Shown: positions 35,174-42,851 of the stretch, piece by piece
How the letters are laid out: every line of letters starts with the position of its first letter
Numbering within the stretch: position 1 is the stretch's first letter
Origin: a virus
IMG/VR virus record: IMGVR_UViG_3300050009_000007
Coordinates: 1-46,063 of that record
Reading direction: 5' to 3' (one strand)
Length of the DNA: 46,063 bases
Position numbers and translations under genes: made by a program
Notes under the pieces: generated by a model
The model's database searches: none
What the model was told of the DNA's origin: nothing
The model's input: only the letters and a program-made list of their open reading frames with translations

Positions 35174-35791
35174 TCAAGTTGGCCGCAGAGAATAGCTAAC
35201 GGTGTTGACCTCTACGACGATGTTTGGTTTGCGAATCATGCGGTCGGAAATGCGCGGGTCAATGGCCGCGAGTTGGAACAACATAAGATTGCTGGTGATG
35301 ATCGTCCATCGGTTGGCGCGGCATCCGATTAGGGTATTCAGATTCTCCGAAGCGAATCCTGTTGAATCTCGCTCGGCTCCAATGTCGTCGAGGAACAAAG
35401 CCGGCCACGAAAACATATCCCGAAGCCGCTCAAAAGCGATTCCAGCCCGTAAATCAGCAACGAACATCGGCCAGTAAATTTCGGTGGGGTTATATTCGCA
35501 ACGGTTCCAGTTGCTCCGGTTTTTCAGGTTTTCCCAAAGCCGCCGACCGCAATGGGTTTTACCCGTTCCGGTCACCCCTAAAAAGGAAATCCAGCGCGGA
35601 GATAGTCCGTTGGTGAAATCCACAGCAAACCGACCGCAGGCATCCACCATTGCCTCAATTTGCGGGTCGTCATGGGTTTGGAGGTTTAACCACTTTGCCA
35701 AAGTCTTTGTATCGGCTGGCGATTCCTTCGTTTGCTGTGCCAATGCTCCGGTCAATGCGTTGGACACCGTTTTTTGCATTTGTGTTTCCAT
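35174..35791 (-). CDS. DnaC/IstB-like AAA+ helicase loader
   Basis: Walker A GVTGTGKTH and Walker B ALFLDDIGAE, then TIITSNL. The start is uncertain: 35791 overlaps the upstream gene by 122 nt, and an alternative ATG lies at 35650. Confidence 0.75.
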   Translation of the reverse strand: METQMQKTVSNALTGALAQQTKESPADTKTLAKWLNLQTHDDPQIEAMVDACGRFAVDFTNGLSPRWISFLGVTGTGKTHCGRRLWENLKNRSNWNRCEYNPTEIYWPMFVADLRAGIAFERLRDMFSWPALFLDDIGAERDSTGFASENLNTLIGCRANRWTIITSNLMLFQLAAIDPRISDRMIRKPNIVVEVNTVSYSLRPT

Positions 35792-36395
35792 AAGTATGAG
35801 CGTTTATTTTCCACGTTGAAAGAGCGTGCGTCCACGACTTCATCGGATTCTTTCCGACCCGCCAGCCATTGCTGGTGTAATAGTTAAAAAACTTCTCGGC
35901 CTCGATGTCGCTGAGTCCTATTTTGGCAGCTTGGAGTTTGATGGCCGGAAGCTCAGGAACAATAAATCTAGAAACAGATACAGAAGCAGAAGCAGAAGCA
36001 GAAGCAGAGGGTGCATCCTGCTTTGCATCTACAATATGTAAAGCATTTGCATGTGGTTTGCTCCATCTTGCTTTAGCAGCATCCCGCCTTACGTCGCTGA
36101 TATTACAGTCCCTTAGGCGTTTTCGGCAGGAAAGGATTATGCAGTCGTTTTGCATGCCAACATTTGCCACTTTGAATGTTTTTAGCTGTTCCAAAGCAAG
36201 CTGCATTTGCGGAACTCGGCAGACGCAGAGCGACGCCAACTGCTCAATCGTTCCTGAAATGCTTCCTGTTTGCTGTAACATCATGGTGTTAATCGCTTCA
36301 AACCAAATGCCCCGCGTGGCGGCTTCGCAAAGCCTCAATCCCGGCTCGCTGGCCCAGTTCGTCGGATACCACTTTTCCCAAGGGAGTTCAGGCAT
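35670..36395 (-). CDS. Replication organiser (DUF1376/DnaD-like)
   Basis: MPELPWEKWYPTNWASEPGLRLCEAATRGIWFEAINTMM resembles the DUF1376 N-terminus. The C-terminus FFNYYTSNGWRVGKNPMKSWTHALSTW resembles replisome-organiser tails. It has an SASASASASVSVS linker. An alternative GTG start lies at 36470. Confidence 0.5.
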   Translation of the reverse strand: MPELPWEKWYPTNWASEPGLRLCEAATRGIWFEAINTMMLQQTGSISGTIEQLASLCVCRVPQMQLALEQLKTFKVANVGMQNDCIILSCRKRLRDCNISDVRRDAAKARWSKPHANALHIVDAKQDAPSASASASASVSVSRFIVPELPAIKLQAAKIGLSDIEAEKFFNYYTSNGWRVGKNPMKSWTHALSTWKINAHTYGNTNAKNGVQRIDRSIGTANEGIASRYKDFGKVVKPPNP

Positions 36396-36571
36396 AAAAG
36401 CTAAAGTGGCCTGCCGTGTAGAACCGGGCGACAGCGTTGACCCGAAGGCCAGAAGCCAAACCCAATGCACGGCAAGCCGCGTTAAATTTTGATGTTCTCA
36501 CTGTCTTTTTCTGGCCGGGTTCTAATCAGCCACTGGTTTAATTTCTATCATAACAGCTATTTTGTCAACAC

Positions 36572-36796
36572 CTATTTTCCCTCATCCATAAGGCTCCCAC
36601 TTTTCTCCCCGCCGTCTTGAAACCCGATTCGGTTCAACCGCTGGCGCAGCTTGACTTCGTGCTTAACCTTGCCCACGGCGTGTTCTAGCGCAATCGCAGC
36701 CCCAATCTGCATCGCCTCTTGAACCAGCACGGCGGGACGAATTCCAGACTTTCGACTGAAATCTAAAGCGGCTGATTTTATGCGGGATTCAATCAT
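36572..36796 (-). CDS. Hypothetical protein (74 aa) sharing its first 24 aa with 38094..38471
   Basis: The N-terminus MIESRIKSAALDFSRKSGIRPAVL lies inside the 114-bp exact repeat. Confidence 0.55.
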   Translation of the reverse strand: MIESRIKSAALDFSRKSGIRPAVLVQEAMQIGAAIALEHAVGKVKHEVKLRQRLNRIGFQDGGEKSGSLMDEGK

Positions 36797-36841
36797 GGCT
36801 GTTCATTTCAATATACGACTGGCGGTTGTATAATCACTGTT
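36728..36841. repeat. 114-bp exact direct repeat, copy 1 (spans the gene junction methyltransferase / 74-aa gene)
   Basis: Base-for-base identical to 38403..38516 by eye. It covers the last 12 sense codons plus the stop codon, a 6-nt spacer and the first 23 codons. Confidence 0.9.
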
Positions 36842-37573
36842 AGCCTGCTTGACCTGGGCGAGCAGGTAGCGCCCTATGTATTCGGTATATGCCGGCGGAA
36901 TTGCCTGACACATTTCGTCTCGGTTCATCCAGTCTATTTTCATCGCCGCCGCCGCTTCCTTTCGGTAGAGCATCCGGTGCTTTCCCGTATGACCGCCGTG
37001 GCCATATACGCCGACCGCCGGGCCGCGATGGTTGCACGCCGGTTGCGGCAGCGAAAAAGATGTCTCGAATATCCGGTGGCGGCGCAGGAAGCCGCGATCC
37101 ACACCAAGCCCGAACATTGACCCACACAGCACGACGCCATGATTTCCGAACAGGTCGGAGTATTCTTGGAGCGGAGCGCCTTCGACATTTTCGATGACGT
37201 AGGGATTGCCGATGCTTTTGAGCAGTTCGCGCACCGGCTCTATCAGCATCGGGTATTCTTTTCCGGGGTGCATTGCCCGCAGGTTTGAGTAGCCCTGGCA
37301 CGGCGGGCTTGCGTGGATTGCGTCGTATTCGTCACCGTGGGCAGCGCAGTATTCCAGCGCATCGGCCATGATGAACGTGTGCGGGTTATTCTTTTGTGGC
37401 TTGATGTCCACGCCGGTCACGTCGAAGCCAGCGCGCCGGTATCCTTCACCCGCTCCGCCGGCGCAGCAGAACAAATCCAGCAGACGCGGTGTAACAAGAC
37501 GCTGGAGAGAATCGCACTTGGCCTCTGCGGTTGCGACGCTCTCAGGTGTTTGGATGTCTGCGGCTTCGATCAT
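36803..37573 (-). CDS. DNA (cytosine-5) methyltransferase
   Basis: Motif I DLFCCAGGAG, motif IV ASPPCQGYS, motif VI YVIENVEG, C-terminal AIPPAYTEYIG. Confidence 0.9.
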   Translation of the reverse strand: MIEAADIQTPESVATAEAKCDSLQRLVTPRLLDLFCCAGGAGEGYRRAGFDVTGVDIKPQKNNPHTFIMADALEYCAAHGDEYDAIHASPPCQGYSNLRAMHPGKEYPMLIEPVRELLKSIGNPYVIENVEGAPLQEYSDLFGNHGVVLCGSMFGLGVDRGFLRRHRIFETSFSLPQPACNHRGPAVGVYGHGGHTGKHRMLYRKEAAAAMKIDWMNRDEMCQAIPPAYTEYIGRYLLAQVKQANSDYTTASRILK

Positions 37574-37577
37574 GGCT

Positions 37578-37829
37578 TCAGGTGTTCGGCGTGCGATCTC
37601 TCAGCTTTTCGTTCGGCGACTCTTTGGCTTGACGGCGGCGAGTTAGAAAACTGCCACGGCATCCAGCGATGAATCCAAGCAAGAATGCCCATGATGACCA
37701 GTTCAGTTTCCACCAGATTAGCACCTCAAGCACCATGCAGACGGCTAGGGATATTGTCCACGGCGTCGTCGAACAAGTTGCTGGAGGCGACGTGATTACG
37801 CCCTCAGATTTGCGATTGTCATTTGCCAT
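37578..37829 (-). CDS. Small membrane protein (83 aa)
   Basis: Internal ATG (37827-37829) of ORF 37578..38069. Hydrophobic SLAVCMVLEVLIWW and WAFLLGFIAGC. The upstream part of that ORF overlaps the better-supported 37819..38097 gene. Confidence 0.4.
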   Translation of the reverse strand: MANDNRKSEGVITSPPATCSTTPWTISLAVCMVLEVLIWWKLNWSSWAFLLGFIAGCRGSFLTRRRQAKESPNEKLRDRTPNT

Positions 37830-38097
37830 ATTTACCTTCCTCGGTTTGCGTTTGCATTGGTGAACGCGCCTCAGCACCCACGTTATGCCGCAGGCAGCGC
37901 ACGTTGAAGTTTGGCCCGTTTGCCCCACAGACTCCGCCGCATGTGCAGAGTTCGCCGTCGTCCTCGCTGTTTTCCTTGTGGGGCTTGTTGTGCTGACACC
38001 CCTCGCAGTAGTCATGCCCGTGATGGTCGCATAACACCAACTGCGGCATAACCCGCCCGATGGAGCCAACCCGCGTTACGCTTTTCTTTTTGCTCAT
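37819..38097 (-). CDS. Cys/His-rich small protein (92 aa)
   Basis: ATGA overlap with the upstream gene. CDHHGHDYCEGCQH...CTCGGVCG...C cluster. Confidence 0.5.
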   Translation of the reverse strand: MSKKKSVTRVGSIGRVMPQLVLCDHHGHDYCEGCQHNKPHKENSEDDGELCTCGGVCGANGPNFNVRCLRHNVGAEARSPMQTQTEEGKYGK

Positions 38098-38471
38098 AAA
38101 TCTTTTGGTGTTCGTGAGTCGCCGGTCGCGGGCGGCTCATCGGGGACGTTGGGCTGCTTGTAACCCTTCACTCGTGCATTCAAGAGCCACATTGCTAGTT
38201 TGCGCCTCCATTCAGGCAGGCATGGATTCACGCACATCAGCAGTTCAGCAGCTTCGTGCCAGCGTTCGATTGGAGCGACGATGACATGACCGCCGACGTT
38301 CATGCCGATTCCGCCGCCTTCAGTCACATGGATGCTTGGCGCGTAGTAGTCGCCGGGCTTCTTGCGCCAGATTTCTTTGTCGGTGTTCGAGCAGCAGCCC
38401 AACACGGCGGGACGAATTCCAGACTTTCGACTGAAATCTAAAGCGGCTGATTTTATGCGGGATTCAATCAT
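38094..38471 (-). CDS. Hypothetical protein (125 aa) sharing its first 24 aa with 36572..36796
   Basis: The N-terminus lies inside repeat copy 2. The remainder is unrelated to the 74-aa protein. Confidence 0.55.
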   Translation of the reverse strand: MIESRIKSAALDFSRKSGIRPAVLGCCSNTDKEIWRKKPGDYYAPSIHVTEGGGIGMNVGGHVIVAPIERWHEAAELLMCVNPCLPEWRRKLAMWLLNARVKGYKQPNVPDEPPATGDSRTPKDL

Positions 38472-38516
38472 GGCTGTTCATTTCAATATACGACTGGCGG
38501 TTGTATAATCACTGTT
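38403..38516. repeat. 114-bp exact direct repeat, copy 2
   Basis: Identical to 36728..36841. Flanking bases continue with scattered mismatches for about 10 nt. Confidence 0.9.
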
Positions 38517-39041
38517 GGCCTGATTAGCCTTTAGCAGTTCGCACACTGTTTCTGCGATGACGAGCGACGCTTGTTTGCCCGTGCGCGAGTATTTGATGAA
38601 GTCTGGCGCGAATATCTCAACCAAGACATCGCCCATGATGATTTTGCGGACACTCCACATTGTTATTTTGTCCGTGACTTTTTCAAACAGTCCGATGGCA
38701 GCGTGGAGGTGTTCAGAATATCCAGCGCAGACCCGCGATATTTCACACGTCACGACGGGCCGATAGTCGGCGCTCGTTGTCGTGTCGGGCAGTTTGAATT
38801 GCCGGCAGATATCATGCTTCCAGTTTTTCCACATGTCCGGCCACAGCGATTTATCAGATGGGTCATTGAGTCTGTCCGCGAGTTGTTGCCGTTCAGCGCG
38901 GGCGTGTGGCGAGTCGTATGGCGTCCCAAAGAAGTCGAGCTGAACTCCATCGAAGCAGAACACGATGAAGTCGGCAGGTGTTTCTCCGAGCAGTTCGCAA
39001 AGCTCAAAGTCGAGCGGCTTACTTTTGATTGTCGTTTTCAT
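38478..39041 (-). CDS. Hypothetical protein (187 aa) with the C-terminal tail QANSDYTTASRILK shared with the methyltransferase
   Basis: ATG 39039-39041; the ORF-track start at 39062 is a GTG. No recognised motif. Confidence 0.55.
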   Translation of the reverse strand: MKTTIKSKPLDFELCELLGETPADFIVFCFDGVQLDFFGTPYDSPHARAERQQLADRLNDPSDKSLWPDMWKNWKHDICRQFKLPDTTTSADYRPVVTCEISRVCAGYSEHLHAAIGLFEKVTDKITMWSVRKIIMGDVLVEIFAPDFIKYSRTGKQASLVIAETVCELLKANQANSDYTTASRILK

Positions 39042-39101
39042 ATTCACAGGCCAACAAATCACTTCAGCGAATGGCCACCGCGGCCATCGCTGAGTTCTAC
39101 G

Positions 39102-39563
39102 TTATCTGGCTTTGGCTTTGAGCCGTTGGATGCGGTCTATCTCTGCCGCGATTAGAGCGCCAGCCTTTACCAGGTTTCGCACTTGGTCTTCCGATGGCTT
39201 CCACCATTTTTCAGCCCACGGCCATGCCAGCGGCTCGGTAGACATCGCCACATTGGTTGCCCCGTGGATTGCTATTTGTCCTGATAGTCTCGCGTATGCC
39301 GCGCCAGCGAACGCCATTTGGCCGTGCTTATGAGTGTCGTCATGCTTCGGCGTCCATCCTTCGGCACTGATTTGCCGCTGTCGTTCCGCCTTGATGAGTT
39401 CGACGCCAGATAACAACTCACTGGAACCAACCGCCTTTACGGTCACAGATTCGGACGGCGCTGGTTGTTCTGGCTCTTGGCAGGTCAGGCAGGTGTATGG
39501 CTCTTTGACCGCTGTTGGGAAGGCGGCGAGTTGTCCGCATTTGACGCATTTTATCGGTTTCAT
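39102..39563 (-). CDS. Conserved phage protein with an N-terminal zinc ribbon (153 aa)
   Basis: CVKC...CLTC at the N-terminus. AERQRQISAEGWTPKHDDTH...AGALIAAEIDRI is a pattern I recognise from many phage hypothetical proteins but cannot name reliably. Confidence 0.55.
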   Translation of the reverse strand: MKPIKCVKCGQLAAFPTAVKEPYTCLTCQEPEQPAPSESVTVKAVGSSELLSGVELIKAERQRQISAEGWTPKHDDTHKHGQMAFAGAAYARLSGQIAIHGATNVAMSTEPLAWPWAEKWWKPSEDQVRNLVKAGALIAAEIDRIQRLKAKAR

Positions 39564-39590
39564 GTTTATTTTTTGTTTGTCGGCGGTGGT

Positions 39591-39860
39591 TCAGTTCGGC
39601 ACGTTAGACCACTTGTCACAGTTGTTTGTTAAGCCTTCTCGCAAGTCCACGCCAGCCTCACATCCACACGGCTCGCCGGGGTCGTCATGGTCGAAGTGCG
39701 AGGCAGGTTCTCCGGGCGAGAAGTGCCTGCAGATTATGCAGGCTCGGTTCGCTGGATTCCAGTTGCACATTTCTTCGTGCCGCACCATCCGCTTGCGGAC
39801 AGTCAGCACATTGCGCCCGCAGTTCCAAGAGCAGGCATAGGCTTTTATTTCTTTTGGCAT
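39591..39860 (-). CDS. Cys-rich small protein (89 aa)
   Basis: ATG 39858-39860 is preceded by AAGGAA. It contains nine cysteines. Confidence 0.5.
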   Translation of the reverse strand: MPKEIKAYACSWNCGRNVLTVRKRMVRHEEMCNWNPANRACIICRHFSPGEPASHFDHDDPGEPCGCEAGVDLREGLTNNCDKWSNVPN

Positions 39861-39906
39861 TTTTTGTTCCTTTGTGGTTTTCGGCGGCGAGTGGCTCAAG
39901 TCACCG

Positions 39907-40167
39907 TTAGGCGACCTTGGCCGCTGGTATTTCGGACATGATGAAGGTTGACCGCTCCATCAGGTGTATCATTTGTTTCCGCTGCGATTCGGTATCGGTG
40001 GCGAGTTCCACCACCATCCGGCACAGCGCCTCTTGCATCGTGATGATTCCGCCGTGGGCGTAGGCATCCATGATTTGTTTCACGCGGACTATTTCGTAGC
40101 CAAGCACGCGCACCGGGTCAGGAAACTCGGCGTAGCGGCGTTGGATTTCTTCGTGTCGTAGTTGCAT
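39907..40167 (-). CDS. Hypothetical protein (86 aa)
   Basis: Clean ORF with no motif. Confidence 0.5.
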   Translation of the reverse strand: MQLRHEEIQRRYAEFPDPVRVLGYEIVRVKQIMDAYAHGGIITMQEALCRMVVELATDTESQRKQMIHLMERSTFIMSEIPAAKVA

Positions 40168-40280
40168 ATTGTCGGTCGCCTAACAAGTGCGTCGAGCCAA
40201 TCCCGGTTGGCCGCTGCACTTTATTCGTTCAGGTTCCTGGTTGTTGTGTGTCGTGAGTCCGGGATGGCTCACGCACGACG
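40168..40280 (-). repeat. Repeated intergenic element, copy A
   Basis: It shares cctaacaagt-N5-gagccaat-N2-cggttggccg at identical spacing with copy B, plus tggttgtt and atggctca further along. It contains GCCAA-N6-TTGGC. Confidence 0.5.
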
Positions 40281-40949
40281 TTAGACGGCTCGGCCACGGT
40301 TTGCGGTTTCAGTTGCAGCATCGGATTCTTCGCCACGCTCTTGAGCGAGTTCCTGATTGGCTATTTCCTGCGCCTCATAAATCGCGGCGGAGCGTTTGTA
40401 TTCCGCGATGGTATCTGCATATTTCAGCGAGTCGTATCTCTTTAGACCGCCTCCGTTTTCAGCCAGACGCCTAGCGATGTCGCGCCAGTAACGAACATCG
40501 CATGTGAGTTGACCGCACTTTGTCACTTCGCGGCCAAGATTTGAGTGGGCAAGCGCATAGTTTGCGGACTTTACAATCAGTTCGCGTTCAAGTTCGCGGG
40601 CGTGCGATGCTCGCACATATCCAGCCCCGCCGAGTGCGCGAAGGTTTTCTTCGGCCAGGTCGGTTCGCGGTGTTTCGGAATAGTTGCTTGAGGCGTTAGG
40701 TGCTTGATACGATGCGAACATTTCCAGCCAGTCACGCATATAGACATGAGCGGCAGTTTTCGCGTTTTGGATGTCCCACGTTTCTTGCTCGTCTGCATCC
40801 GGCACGAACGCGCCTTGCAGTTTTACTCGTCCATCCGGCGATGCGACGACCAACAGGAACAGGGTGGTTTCGGGATGGCCGGAGAGGTAGCCACGCATGG
40901 TTTCCTCGTCACGACGTTCCCACACTATTTCGATGAGTTTTTCTGTCAT
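40281..40949 (-). CDS. Hypothetical protein (222 aa)
   Basis: Internal ATG (40947-40949) of ORF 40281..41099. The upstream 150 nt of that ORF coincide with intergenic-element copy B. Confidence 0.5.
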   Translation of the reverse strand: MTEKLIEIVWERRDEETMRGYLSGHPETTLFLLVVASPDGRVKLQGAFVPDADEQETWDIQNAKTAAHVYMRDWLEMFASYQAPNASSNYSETPRTDLAEENLRALGGAGYVRASHARELERELIVKSANYALAHSNLGREVTKCGQLTCDVRYWRDIARRLAENGGGLKRYDSLKYADTIAEYKRSAAIYEAQEIANQELAQERGEESDAATETANRGRAV

Positions 40950-41053
40950 AAATTTTTCAGTTATCACGTTCGCACCTAACAAGTCGCCGGAGCCAATGAC
41001 GGTTGGCCGTCGCAGTTCCGCTTCGCGGGTGATGTTGGTTGTTCCGTCATGGC
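40950..41053 (-). repeat. Repeated intergenic element, copy B
   Basis: See copy A. The core lies at 40975..41009. Confidence 0.5.
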
Positions 41054-41332
41054 TCAGCTCCGAATGTTCGGTGGCTTTTGGCCAGTGCAGAGCGCCCACG
41101 TTATTGCCCGCACGTCTTGAGCCGCCGCCACCATTTTCTTGCCTACGTTTTGCCGTGATTTTAGCACCATCATGGCGAGGTCATTTATTCGCAAAAGTTC
41201 GTCGGCTGTAATCGGACAAGCCACCGAACCCGGCGTGGCAGATAATTTGCTCTGCGCCCGACAGCTTGGATGTACTGGGGTGTCGGTGTTCATCCCACCA
41301 AAACCGTGCGCGTATGTCGTTTTATCGCTCAT
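41054..41332 (-). CDS. Hypothetical protein (92 aa)
   Basis: Clean ORF with an ATG start. No motif. Confidence 0.45.
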   Translation of the reverse strand: MSDKTTYAHGFGGMNTDTPVHPSCRAQSKLSATPGSVACPITADELLRINDLAMMVLKSRQNVGKKMVAAAQDVRAITWALCTGQKPPNIRS

Positions 41333-41347
41333 ATCTGAACTTTCTCG

Positions 41348-42301
41348 TTACGGCGTCAAATCGAATCCCGCTTCGGGTGTGGGTTGTTGGTCATATTCCA
41401 GCTTGTCCTCAAGAGCAGAAAATTCCATCCAAGGCTCTGCTTGAACCAAGCTAAATTCGTCAGCAGGATCGTAGCCTGACCACTCGCCGGTTTTTAGGCA
41501 GCGGGCGTATTTTTCCAAAGCGTAGGTGAAACTTTGACGGCCAATGTCGAGAAAATCCTGCCCAAGCAATCGGCGTCCGGTTTCAAACGGGGCGTAATTT
41601 TCCTGCAAAATGAAAATCCACTCACACCTATCTTCGCCAGTTGCAGCCGTGTAAAGCGCAAGGTCAAACGCGGCCTGGATGTGATAACCAGCCGTGAAGC
41701 ACCAGCGGGAGAATGGTCGCTGTCCAGCATTGCGCGTGGACTTCAAATCGCCAAGGGACTTTTGAAACTCAGAATCCTTTCGAGGAACGAAGTCAATCAG
41801 GCATTGGACGGGGATAATCAGGCCGGTCTTGGCGTCCAGCCATTCCCCGGAAACGTGAACCTGCTTGTCGCTGGCTTTGTGGTAGGCTGCAATCGTGTCA
41901 TCAGACAGCAAACGCTTGACGGCGTTTTCAGCGTTTGTCAGTTCAGTGCCGGAAACAATGTTGAATCCCTCATGGTCGGCCAGCCATTCCTTGCATACGT
42001 TTGAATTGCCGTTCCAAGGTTTTTCTTCGCCGGTCTTGGAATCGCGGTAGGTTGCCGGCTTGATGGCGTAGCGCGTCTTAAATTGCTCTGGCGTTAGCAA
42101 AAGACAGTCAAGCAGGTTGCCAAACTGTTTTGCCTCCGAATCAGGCGAAACATATCCCGCCTTATATCTACTTGGGCATTCCGAGAAAGATTTAAGGCTT
42201 GATGGGGACATGCGAAACTCAGGGGTGCATCGCTCTGCTTCTTGGTGGTGATACGCCTCAGAATTTATTCCAACTCCAATAATTTTCGCGTTTTTGAACA
42301 T
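41348..42301 (-). CDS. PD-(D/E)XK exonuclease (RecE C-terminal / DUF3799-like)
   Basis: ATG 42299-42301 is preceded by GGAGG. ...CLIDFVP....LGDLKST fits D...(D/E)xK. The partner ERF gene lies upstream. Confidence 0.6.
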   Translation of the reverse strand: MFKNAKIIGVGINSEAYHHQEAERCTPEFRMSPSSLKSFSECPSRYKAGYVSPDSEAKQFGNLLDCLLLTPEQFKTRYAIKPATYRDSKTGEEKPWNGNSNVCKEWLADHEGFNIVSGTELTNAENAVKRLLSDDTIAAYHKASDKQVHVSGEWLDAKTGLIIPVQCLIDFVPRKDSEFQKSLGDLKSTRNAGQRPFSRWCFTAGYHIQAAFDLALYTAATGEDRCEWIFILQENYAPFETGRRLLGQDFLDIGRQSFTYALEKYARCLKTGEWSGYDPADEFSLVQAEPWMEFSALEDKLEYDQQPTPEAGFDLTP

Positions 42302-42302
42302 A

Positions 42303-42851
42303 TTAAATATGCCTCCACGTTTTTCCTGTGACAATGTTCCAAATACTTTGAAAACAAACCCCGTATCGCTTTGCAAGTTGGTGGCAGTTATTTCCGAAAG
42401 GCTTGGGTGAATAGATTTTTCGTATTTTCAAAACGTCTTTCGTTTTCAGTTTTGAAGCCCCGCAGCCTTCTCCCCGCGCCGTTATTCTTCTGCCTCTGTC
42501 GTCCATGTCTTTGGAGTTTGTCTTTGCGGTTCCTTTGTAAAGGTGGTCTGGATTCCAGCAGGCGCGATTATCACAGGTGTGGCAAATCATTGATTCCGAA
42601 TTTACTTCGCCAACAAAAAGAAAATAGGACAGCCGATGAATGCGCCACTGACGCCCACCGCGAAACGCCTTCCATTCCATAACCCCATATCCGTCTTTAT
42701 CTCGACACCCATCCCAAACAAAGCATCCAGCCGATTCGTGCGAACAATCTGCCAAAGAGTTGGCTTTCTGATAAGGGAAAACGAAATGACAAGAACGTGA
42801 TGTCACGTCATGTAGCATTCTGCGTATTTGCCATTGGTTCATACTTTTCAT
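42303..42851 (-). CDS. HNH endonuclease (free-standing, homing-type)
   Basis: DKDGYGVMEW....RIHRLSYFLFVGEV....ICHTCDNRACWNPDHLYKGTAKTN is a typical HNH (H-N-H with CxxC...C) pattern. The C-terminal part is HTH-like. Confidence 0.8.
   Translation of the reverse strand: MKSMNQWQIRRMLHDVTSRSCHFVFPYQKANSLADCSHESAGCFVWDGCRDKDGYGVMEWKAFRGGRQWRIHRLSYFLFVGEVNSESMICHTCDNRACWNPDHLYKGTAKTNSKDMDDRGRRITARGEGCGASKLKTKDVLKIRKIYSPKPFGNNCHQLAKRYGVCFQSIWNIVTGKTWRHI

Noticed and set aside
35981-36008. Hexanucleotide repeat (cagaag)x4.
   Set aside because: It lies in frame in the replication-organiser gene and encodes an SASASASAS linker. It is ordinary low-complexity coding sequence.
37578-38069. The full-length 163-aa ORF 37578..38069 as a gene.
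   Set aside because: Its N-terminal two-thirds overlap the ORF 37819..38097 out of frame. That ORF has an ATGA coupling to the upstream gene and a convincing Cys/His cluster. Only the distal, hydrophobic 83 aa from the internal ATG at 37829 were kept.
39906-40186. An 11-bp inverted repeat gttaggcgacc / ggtcgcctaac flanking the 86-aa gene 39907..40167, suggesting a miniature invertible or mobile element.
   Set aside because: By a rough calculation, a few 11-bp inverted matches within 300 bp are expected by chance in 46 kb. No target-site duplication or recombinase is nearby.
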